A stretch of 62,272 nt of DNA, the filler included, from Isurus oxyrinchus (lineage: Eukaryota): NCBI GenBank assembly GCA_026770705.1. It is 2 parts of one record of this genome, joined end to end, with 100 filler letters (N's around TTAATTAATTAA, not from the genome) between each part and the next. Parts side by side here need not be neighbours in the genome. Positions count along the whole stretch, not along the records: positions 1 to 30,976 come from JANJGN010000163.1; positions 31,077 to 62,272 come from JANJGN010000163.1. One strand, written 5' to 3'. The translations under genes were made by a program, and so were the position numbers. The notes under the pieces were generated by a model, which had not been told where the DNA came from, made no database searches, and was given only the letters and a program-made list of their open reading frames with translations. Of the stretch, positions 27,601 to 37,293 are shown piece after piece (position 1 is the stretch's first letter; each line of letters opens with the position of its first letter).

Positions 27601-30600
27601 AATGAGTGACTGAATGGTAGAGCTGTCTTGTCAATGAGTGACTGAAGGGTAGAGCTGTCTTTTCAATGAGTGACTGAAGGGTCGAGGTGTCTTGTCAATG
27701 AGTGACTGAAGGGTAGACCTCTCTTGTCAATGAATAACTGAAGGGTAGAGCTGTCTTGTCAATGAGTAACTGAAGGGTAGAGCTGTCTTGTCAATGAGTG
27801 ACTGAAGGGTAGAACTTTCTTGTCAATGAGTGACTGAAGGGTAGAGCTGTCTTGTCAATGAGTAACTGAAGTGTAGAGATGTCTTGTCAATGAGTGACTG
27901 AACGGTAGAGCTGTCTTTTCAATGAGTGACTGAAGGGTAGAGCTGTCTTGTCAATCAGTGACTGAATGGTAGAGCTGTCTTGTCAATCAGTGACCGAAGG
28001 GTAGAGGTGTCTTGTCAATGAGTGACTGAAGGGTAGAGCTGTCTTGTCAATGAGTGACTGAAGGGTAGAGCTGTCTTGTCAATGAGTGACTGAAGGGTAG
28101 AGCTGTCTTGTCAGTCAGTGACTGAAGGGTAGACCTCTCTTGTCAATGAGTGACTGAAGGGTTGAGCTGCCTTGTCAATGAGTGACAGAAGGGTAGAGTT
28201 GTCTTGCCAATGAGTGACAGAAGGGTAGAGTTGTCTTGTCAATGAGTTACTGAAGGGTAGAGCTCTCTTGTCAATGAGCGACTGAAGGGTAGAGCTGTCT
28301 TGTCAATGAGTAACTGAAGGGTAGAGCTGTCTTGTCAATGAGTAACTGAAGGGTAGAGCTGTCTTGTCAATGAGTGACTGAAGGGTAGTGCTGTCTTTTC
28401 AATGAGTTACTGAAGGGTAGATCTGTCTTGTCAATGAGTGACTGAATGGTAGAGCTATCTTGTCAATGAGTGACTGAAGGGTAGAGCTGTCTTGTCAATG
28501 AGTGACTGAAGCATAGAGCTGTCTTGTCAATGAGTGACTGAAGGGTAGAGCTGTCTTGTCAATGAGTGACTGAAGGGTAGAGCTGTCTTGTCAATCAGTG
28601 ACTGAATGGTAGAGCTGTCTTGTCAATGAGTGACTGAAGGGTAGAGCTGTCTTGTCAATGAGTAACTGAAGGGTAGAGCTGTCTTGTCAATGAGTGACTG
28701 AAGGGTAGAGCTGTCTTGTCAATGAGTAACTGAAGGGTAGAGCTGTCTTGTCAATCAGTGACTGAAGGGTAGAGCTGTCTTGTCAATGAGTGACTGAATG
28801 GTAGATGTGTCTTGTCAATGAGTGACTGAAGGGTAGAGCTGTCTTGTCAATGAGTGACTGAAGGGTAGAGCTGTCTTGTCAATGAGTAACTGAAGGGTAG
28901 AGCTGTCTTGTCAATGAGTGACTGAAGGGTAGAGCTGTCTTGTCAAAGAGTAACTGAAGAGTAAAGCTGTCTTGTCAATGAGTGAATGAAGGGTAGAGCT
29001 GTCTTGTCAATGAGTGATTGAAGTGTAGAGCTGTCTTGTCAATGAGTGACTGAAGGGTAGAGCTGTCTTGTCAATGAGTGACTGAAGGGTAGAGCTGTCT
29101 TTTCAATGAGTGACGGAAGGGTAGAGCTGTCTTGTCAATGAGTGACTGAAGGGTAGATCTGTCTTGTCAATGAGTGACTGAAGGTTAGAGCTGTCTTGTC
29201 AATGAGTGACTGAAGGGTAGAGCTGTCTTGTCAATGAGTGAATGAAGGTTAGAGCTGTCTTGTCAATGAGTGACTGAATGGTAGAGCTGTCTTGTCAATG
29301 AGTGACTGTTGTGTAGAGCTGTCTTGTCAATGATTGATTGAAGGGTAGAGCTGTCTTGTCAATCAGTGACTGAATGGTAGAGCTGTCTTGTCAATGAGTG
29401 ACTGAAGGGTAGAGCTGTTTTGTCAATCAGTGACTGAAAGGTAGAGCTGTATTGTCAATGAGTGACTGAATGGTAGAGCTGTCTTGTCAATGAGTGACTG
29501 AAGCGTAGAGCTGTCTTGTCAATGAGTGACTGAAGGGTCGAGGTGTCTTGTCAATGAGTGACTGAAGGGTAGACCTCTCTTGTCAATGAATAACTGAAGG
29601 GTAGAGCTGTCTTGTCAATGAGTAACTGAAGGGAAGAGCTGTCCTGTCAATGAGTGACTTAAGCTAAGAGCTGTCTTGTTAATCAGTGACTGAAGGGTAG
29701 AGCTGTCTTGTCAATGAGTGACTGAATGGTAGAGCTGTCTTTTCAATGAGTGACTGAAGGGTAGATGTGTCTTGTCAATGATTGACTGAAGGGTAGAGCT
29801 GCCTTGTCAATGAGTGAATGAAGGTTAGAGCTGTCTTGTCATTGAGTGACTGAATGGTAGAGCTGTCTTGTCAATGAGTGACTGTTGTGTAGAGCTGTCT
29901 TGTCAATGATTGATTGAAGGGTAGAGCTGTCTTGTCAATCAGTGACTGAATGGTGGAGCTGTCTTGTCAATCAGTGACTGAAGGGTAGAGCTGTTTTGTC
30001 AATCAGTGACTGAAGGGTAGAGCTGTATTGTCAATGAGTGACTGAATGGTAGAGCTGTCTTGTCAATGAGTGACTGAAGGGTAGAGCTGTCTTTTCAATG
30101 AGTGACTGAAGGGTCGAGGTGTCTTGTCAATGAGTGACTGAAGGGTAGACCTCTCTTGTCAATGAATAACTGAAGGGTAGAGCTGTCTTGTCAATGAGTA
30201 ACTGAAGGGTAGAGCTGTCTTGTCAATGAGTGACTGAAGGGTAGAACTTTCTTGTCAATGAGTGACTGAAGGGTAGAGCTGTCTTGTCAATGAGTAACTG
30301 AAGTGTAGAGATGTCTTGTCAATGAGTGACTGAACGGTAGAGCTGTCTTTTCAATGAGTGACTGAAGGGTAGAGCTGTCTTGTCAATCAGTGACTGAATG
30401 GTAGAGCTGTCTTGTCAATCAGTGACCGAAGGGTAGAGGTGTCTTGTCAATGAGTGACTGAAGGGTAGAGCTGTCTTGTCAATGAGTGACTGAAGGGTAG
30501 AGCTGTCTTGTCAATGAGTGACTGAAGGGTAGAGCTGTCTTGTCAGTCAGTGACTGAAGGGTAGACCTCTCTTGTCAATGAGTGACTGAAGGGTTGAGCT

Positions 30601-30976
30601 GCCTTGTCAATGAGTGACAGAAGGGTAGAGTTGTCTTGCCAATGAGTGACAGAAGGGTAGAGTTGTCTTGTCAATGAGTTACTGAAGGGTAGAGCTCTCT
30701 TGTCAATGAGCGACTGAAGGGTAGAGCTGTCTTGTCAATGAGTAACTGAAGGGTAGAGCTGTCTTGTCAATGAGTAACTGAAGGGTAGAGCTGTCTTGTC
30801 AATGAGTGACTGAAGGGTAGTGCTGTCTTTTCAATGAGTTACTGAAGGGTAGATCTGTCTTGTCAATGAGTGACTGAATGGTAGAGCTATCTTGTCAATG
30901 AGTGACTGAAGGGTAGAGCTGTCTTGTCAATGAGTGACTGAAGCATAGAGCTGTCTTGTCAATGAGTGACTGAAGG
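9604..30976. repeat. 32-bp satellite array (~668 monomers, consensus GTCAATGAGTGACTGAAGGGTAGAGCTGTCTT) with higher-order repeats
   Basis: Period 32 read directly (gtcaat at 9841, 9873, ...). Diagnostic variants recur at 576, 1024, 2432, 6719 and 7422 bp spacings. The array runs into the gap, so it is longer than assembled. Confidence 0.98.
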
Positions 30977-31076
30977 NNNNNNNNNNNNNNNNNNNNNNNN
31001 NNNNNNNNNNNNNNNNNNNNTTAATTAATTAANNNNNNNNNNNNNNNNNNNNNNNNNNNNNNNNNNNNNNNNNNNN
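30977..31076. other. Artificial scaffold linker (N44-TTAATTAATTAA-N44)
   Basis: Exactly 100 bp and symmetric, with an all-frame stop palindrome in the middle. Confidence 0.95.
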
Positions 31077-31730
31077 ATCTTCCCCCTCGCCCGAATCCCC
31101 CAATACTTCCACATCCCCCACTCCGCCCTACCCCCGCCACTCCCCCCACTCTCTCCCTCGTTCCCCCCACTGCCCCTTCCCCGCCACCCTCACTCCCCCC
31201 ACCACACCCGCCACTCCGCCCACTCCTCCCCAATGCCCCCCCAACCCACCCCTCGCCCCTCCCCGCCACTCCCACTCCGCACACCCCCCACCTCTCCGCC
31301 GCTCCCCCTCCCCCAACTCCCCCCACTCCCTCCCAAACGCTGCCCCCCACTCCCCCCTACCCGCTCCCCCCCAGTCACCCCAACCCCCCCACGGTCACTC
31401 CCCCCACTCCCTCCCCCACACCCCCCTACCCCCACTCCTCCCTCACCCCTCCCCCCACTCCCCCTCCCTGCCGCCCCCACTCACCCCACTCCCCACTGAA
31501 CCCACTCCCCCCACACCCCTGCCACTCCCACTCCCCCTTCCGCCCTTCCCACTTCCCCCACCACTCCCCCACCCCACCCACTCCCCCCACCCAGCCAGGC
31601 CACTCCCCCCACTCCCTCCCCCACTCCCCACACTAACCCCCCGGCTACTCCCCCCACTCCCTCCACCATTCCCCCCTCCCCCCACTCCCCCCTCCCCACA
31701 CTCCTCCCTCCCCACACTCCTCCCTCCCAC
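31077..31730. repeat. C-rich low-complexity tract (CCCCACT-type)
   Basis: Nearly pure C/A/T; homologous to 43703-44250. Confidence 0.9.
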
Positions 31731-32095
31731 CAAACAAACCCCGTTCAGTCTTGGGGAACATTCAAACATCAATGATGTGAGTGATTCAGTGTTTCAGGTG
31801 AGGATATGGGTGTGTGGGAAATGGTTTGTGGCCGTGTCGGGTCAACCCTCTGTCCAGCATCACCCGGTGTGGCTCAAGAGCCCAGACCCTGGCTTCTCCA
31901 CCTCCGCTGCCGTTTGCGGACAATGAAGGCAGTGAGTGCGGAATGTGAACCATTCACTGTGGCCTCCGTCTCTCCTCAGTCCCCTCCACAGATGGAGGAA
32001 CTTTCTGTTTCTGCACACAATGTGGAACCGAGAGGGCAGAGAGAGAGAAAGGAGGGATCCATGGGCGAGGGACAAATCCACTGGGGAGAGATGGA

Positions 32096-32332
32096 CTAAG
32101 AGAACCCAAACAGTCCCACCTCCACAGGCCAGAGACAACCTGAGCTAAGAGAACCCAAACAGTCCCATCCCCACAGGCCAGAGACAACCTGAGCTAAGAG
32201 AACCCACACAGTCCCATCCCCACAGGCCAGAGACAACCTGAGCTAAGAGAACCCAAACAGTCCCATCCCCACAGGCCAGAGACAACCTGAGCTAAGAGAA
32301 CCCAAACAGTCCCATCCCCACAGGCCAGAGAC
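32096..32332 (+). repeat. 49-bp minisatellite, ~4.8 copies (CTAAGAGAACCCAAACAGTCCCATCCCCACAGGCCAGAGACAACCTGAG)
   Basis: Units start at 32096, 32145, 32194, 32243 and 32292. Confidence 0.95.
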
Positions 32333-34310
32333 CATCGTCCTGTTTGCAACGTCCACTCCCTCCAGCTTCAGGTCTGCCTTTGCAAGTGTCTTCGTAACAG
32401 AGGTGTGAATGGCCAAGATGTGGTGACCCAGTGGCCAACTGACTGTGCAGGAGGGGCGTTGAGTGTACAACCACCTCCCCATCCAGTGAACGTGGAGGGG
32501 CTTGCCCAGGGTATCCATGGATTAGTAATGAGTGTGCGCTGATGGAAGTGGCTGACATGGTGACCTTGCCCCTGGTGAGAGATACTGAGGAGACGCCTGA
32601 GAGAGCCTGTCCTCCTGCCTAGCCCATGGTGCTCAGGTCTCACTGTGTAGATTGGAGCACGCCTGCCAATGCGGCTTTGACAAAGTTCTTGGTAAGGTTG
32701 ATGTTACCTCACAATATCTTACACTGTTTCATCACAGTCAGAGCTTGTGCAGTGTGTGTGCTGGTTTGGACATGAAGTGACAGATTGCTGGTGATAGTGG
32801 AGCCTAGGTATGAGGAGCTATCAATGGTGGCATGTCAACTTCATAGGCCAGGACATGTTTCTTCCTGTTGCTGATAGACAAGCAGAATTATTTACAGGTG
32901 TGAGCTGCTCTGCCTGTATCGCGCTGCTGCTGTTCCTCAGTATGGATTGTAAGTGCGGGATGTCAGCCGTGAGTAACTCACTGCTGAGGGCTTGGTGCCA
33001 TGGATCTCAGAGCAACACATGTTTTCCCATCTGTTCTGATCGGTAAGTAGTTCCCCCATCTGTAGGTGACCTGTCAGCACATGACAGCAGCTAGAAAATG
33101 AACAGGTCAAACACTGCCGGAGCTGCTCGCGGCTCTGCCTGTAACACTGTGGGTCTTAAAGGGTTCCAATGTCCAGTTGTCGCAGCTGAGTTTACCTAGT
33201 ATGTTGCTGTGGGAAGAGAAGATCACATCCAGAATATTTGGTGACAGCCAGTTCTCTCCAGCACCCTAGACAGACTGCCACTCATCACATGGGGCGAAAG
33301 GCTTCATGAGCTGCCTGACTGGAATGTGTCGTGGTCTCCGTGGTCACGGCATTTCTCTTGCTGCTGCCTGACTCAGAGGTCATGTCAGCTGGAGGTCTTC
33401 CACTGAGGAAGTCACACTGGGATTCGAGGTAGATGTTCTCAGCCAAATCCTGCAGTCTGATGCCTTTCCTACCTTGCCCAGCAGGGTGACTCCTCTATCA
33501 TTGTTAGAATTGCTGCCTGGTTCCTGTGCATCTTTGCAACACACAGATACCTGGGCAGCTGCCCGCTCGCTCCAGTCCACTTCATGCAGATGCTGCAGGA
33601 GAGCTAATGTCCTGTGCTTGATGATTTCAAGGTGGTATATCATCAGCCCCTGGAGCTCTGCCCATAATTGCTGGTGATTCTACAGCTTTCAGAAACCCCT
33701 CCAATGCTCATTCGAATTTCACTCTGCCCATGACAGGCAGCACCTCTGCTGGATGCCTGGCGCTTCCTCGGTAACTGTCTTCTCCCTAGAGTACCACCCA
33801 ATGTGACACCCATCTCACCAGCAGCTTATTGCCGTCGGTGATGACCTCCCCCGCCTCTCTTTTGAATTGAGCAGCTTTCTTCACCGAGTGACCTGTTCCC
33901 TTTCTGATAGCGACATGTATGCCCCTTGCCATTCCCCGTGTGGTAGGACACCTGGGTGTTCTGGCTGAGTTGTAACCAGCAGTCATTCTGGTCAGATCTA
34001 GGCTGCACCGCCCTGACAACCTCTTGGAACTTGTTTCTGGCGTCTCCCGGTGCATTCAGAGGTTTCTTGCTCGGGTCCCTCTGGGTCACTTGGCTTCAAT
34101 GACAGGTTTCCCCTCAGTGTCCACAGTTTTCACCAGTCAGCCGTTTCCTGCTCTAGCGCCCCATGTGTTGAGGGTGTGGATGGTGACTGGGGATCTATTC
34201 CATTTCACTTGGGCGCTCTGTGTGGGAACGCTGGAGAGAACCAGCTCACTCCAGTTGCAACACCGTGATTCTTGTTTTAAGAAATCTGGGTGGGCAGGTA
34301 TGGTTGGTGG
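32333..34310 (-). mobile_element. Degenerate RTE-clade LINE
   Basis: Minus-strand remnants: LLHSQLATGSPHLGHSHLCYEDTCK (RTE C-terminal), NNDRGVTLLGKVGKA (RT, NYRGISLL-like) and GEVITDGNKLLVRWVSHW. Confidence 0.7.
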
Positions 34311-34489
34311 TGATATGAAGGGGGGTTTCTGCTTTGAATGAAAAAGCTAGCAGGGTAACATCCTCAATGTAGTACACACCATGCAGTGATGTGTAGCACA
34401 TTCTGCACTGTGGCTTCTACGTCTGGTGAGAATAATGTTCAATAATCTTTCTATCAGAACTGCTGAGAAGTTGCTGCTATCGGTGTACG

Positions 34490-36100
34490 CTGTACAGACC
34501 TCTACATGCAGAGGATGAATGTCAGCTCTCAGGCACTCCTTCCTAGCTCCTCTGAACCATGACCCCACCACGGAGCATCAAGCCATTGCTTTCAGCACTG
34601 CTGCTGACTTTAGTTCCACTGGAGGCCTTTCCTCCACAGCTTTGCAACTCATAGTTGGCCAATGCTCAACAGCTCACTTCCATCTCCTTTCTATAATCCA
34701 CAAACAGGACTCCCCTGGTAGCCCCATCTTCAGCCTGCTCCTGTAGAACTGAACTTACTGCTTCCTATATTCACTCAATCTTTTCTCCACTTGTCCAGCC
34801 TCTCCCCACCCACATCCGTGCCTCTTGTGATGGCCCCTATGTGACTTGAACAATACGAAGGTCTTCGAGGCCACCTGTCCACTGTGGGCATCCAATACCT
34901 CTACACCTCAATATCCTACCAGAATGGTCAGAGTGCTCTCTGATTCTCCCTTGGACAGCGACTCAATCACTCCGCTTTCAACAGCGCTGGCCCAAGACGT
35001 TCCTTTGAATATGAAATCGAGTGGGTTGGGAAGTGGGGAGAATGGAAATCGCGGGTCGTGGTTTTTGGAGAGAGGGAAAGGATTGAGATCAGAACCTTGG
35101 CTGAACTTGTTCTGGAATTGAGCATTGCCTCCATTAGTACATCTCACTTCCTCGAAATAAAAGGTGTTGTTATGGTAAATCCCAATTATACCTGTCTCTT
35201 TGTGGGTTATGTGGGACGTTCCCTTTTCCAGCCCTACTCTGCCTCCTACCTAGGCTGTTACACCCCACCCCCCCCCACGAAGTACACATCGATGGTGTTT
35301 CCTGCCCTCATGCAGAACCAGAATCCTTCATCAGCTTTCCTTCCAGTTTCCAGCCCTCCATCGACTTCACTTTCCACAATTCACTTCACTTCCTCACCTT
35401 CTATGCCTCCATTTCGGGGGGGTAGTCAACCTACTAATAATCACCAAGGGCCCGCACACTTCCACATCTTCACTGACTGTGGCTGCACTTCCTCACACAC
35501 ATCCTACTGTAAGGGCTCCAATCGATTCTCCCCTTTCCTGTCTCGCTTGCATCATTTCCGACTCTGCAACCTTCCACAACATTGCTTCACATATGTCTTC
35601 CTTTTCCTCAACCGAGGATCGCTCCTGACTCACTGCATTTGAGGAGGCTCTCACTCATGCCTGACCCATTTCACACTCATGTACTCTTAATCCTTTCCCT
35701 CTCTCCCCGAGAACTGTGGCCAGATTTCTGTCCTCCTCACTCCCCAACCCATTAGAATTCACATTCAAGTCAACACCTTGACCCATTTCAACCAGCCTCA
35801 GCACAGCCCTAAAGCCAAACACAGCTTGACCTCCGCTTCTCTATCAGCGTTCACTCTGCAGCACCCTGGCCGACTCCTCTAACTCCTGTGGCACCCTGTC
35901 CCCTTCCAAAGGCAACTGGCCCAGCCTCAGCACCAGGCCTTTCACCGCGCCTCAGGCTCAGCTCTGAATTCAACAGCTGCAGATTATGAAAGCCCCCACC
36001 CCCACCATTTCGTCCTCTTGTTTCTGTTGCCTCGGATCTTTGTTTTCATGTTATTTGTTTGCTTTTTTGGCTGGAGGTTTTCATTATTTTGTCATTAAAA
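34490..36100 (+). mobile_element. Old, degenerate Penelope-like element
   Basis: LNHDPTTEHQAI, LAELVL...SHFLEIKGV...PNYTCLFVGYV and SSHTSYCKGS align with the young copies; many indels. Confidence 0.85.
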
Positions 36101-36105
36101 CTCAG

Positions 36106-36279
36106 CCAGGAGCATGGCTGCAGCTCATGGTCACCTCGGTGGATACCTTAGAGCCCAGGCCTGAAGAGGGGTTCAAGAAGAGGTTTAATGTCACCAGACC
36201 CGAGATTAAGTGGTGCAGCCTGAAAATACTGAGCGTGGAGCTGACTGACCCTGCGGTTTATTACTGCGCTGCTGGTGAA
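36106..36279 (+). pseudogene. TRBV: 5'-truncated TCR V-beta-like segment (FR2 end, CDR2, FR3)
   Basis: PGAWLQLMVTSVDTLEPRPEEGFKKRFNVTRPEIKWCSLKILSVELTDPAVYYCAAGE. Lacks the leader, FR1, first Cys and Trp. Paralogue of 42748-42921. Confidence 0.88.
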
Positions 36280-36318
36280 CACAGAGACTCAAACAGGTGT
36301 AGATCTTGTTCAAAAACA
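36280..36318 (+). promoter_or_regulatory. 23-bp-spacer recombination signal sequence
   Basis: Heptamer CACAGAG (36280-36286), 23-nt spacer, nonamer TCAAAAACA (36310-36318). Confidence 0.9.
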
Positions 36319-36663
36319 TCCCCACTCTGTTCTACTGGGAGCTAAAACCTCTGTAAACTCCAGTAAGTGGTGGTGCTGCAACCACCTGGATATTGGTGAA
36401 GATCTATGTGGTTTTTACTGCAACCTTCCCAGTGGATAAAATGTCCCAAAGCCTTTCAGTCTGACCTGAATGACAAGTCCAAACCTACCTCCCACAGCAA
36501 ATCCTTTCCATAATGAAGACCAATAAAAACAAAGAGGCTGGAATAAGCGGCGGATTATACAGGGCAGCCCCCTCCCCCCGGCCTATCGCACCTATTTGAA
36601 ACTGTTCTGAGAGTTCATCTCATTCCAGCAGTGCCTAATCTGTGCTTTTCCAATGTTCCCACA

Positions 36664-36707
36664 GACACTGCGGCTTGTCCCTGCGCTGCTGGTGTTCACA
36701 GGGACTC
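36664..36707 (+). pseudogene. Relic of a V-segment 3' end with heptamer (no nonamer)
   Basis: GACACTGCGGCTTGTCCCTGCGCTGCTGGTGTTCACAGGGACTC versus the V end GACACTGCGGTTTATTACTGCGCTGCTGGTGAACACAGAGACTC. Confidence 0.65.
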
Positions 36708-37000
36708 GGACATGAAACCAGGAGCCAGTCCTGATAGGGCTGTGAGCTGGTCAGCTCCAAATCTCCATGAAGAATCCATCATTAACCGCTCTCTCTCCTT
36801 TACCAAATTACCTCATTGTGAAATGGTAAAATCCAGCTGGCCAATCAAAAATAATATTAACAAATCCAACCAGAATAATAATCACCTTCCAAATGAGATA
36901 TAAGCTGGCGCGTTAACACTTCAAATAAGAAGCGCAAGTCCTTTCGGGGAGGTTTGTGTGAAGCAAATCTTCATACACAGGCTGGAGGGAAACTAGCAAA

Positions 37001-37293
37001 CTCTCTCTCTCTCTCTACACCCCCCACTCCCCCCACCCCCCACTGCCCCCTCCCCACTCCCCCCATCCCCCCCACCCCCCACTGCCCCCTCCCCAATCCC
37101 CCCACACCCCACTGCCCCCAATACCCCCACACCCCTCCCCCACCCCCCAGTCCCAGCTACCCCCTCCAACCACTCACCCACCCTCCCACTGCCCCCACTC
37201 ACTCTCCCCATTCTCCCACTCACTGCACCCTGCCCCCACTCCCTCCCCCCTCCCCCTCCCCTTCTCCATCCCCCCTCCTTCCACTCCCCCCTT
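37001..37293. repeat. (CT)n plus C-rich tract
   Basis: Low complexity; homologous to 49063-49303. Confidence 0.9.

Larger units (their letters stand above)
31077..36122 (+). repeat. Segmental duplication block, copy 1 (paralogue 43703-48024)
   Basis: Same order of C-tract, 49-bp VNTR, RTE and old Penelope with near identity. Copy 2 lacks ~890 bp of RTE; copy 1 lacks ~320 bp near 35953. Confidence 0.95.

Noticed and set aside
9604-30976. CRISPR-like array (repeat length ~32 bp)
   Set aside because: Monomers are directly adjacent with no unique spacers, there are no cas genes, and the context is eukaryotic.
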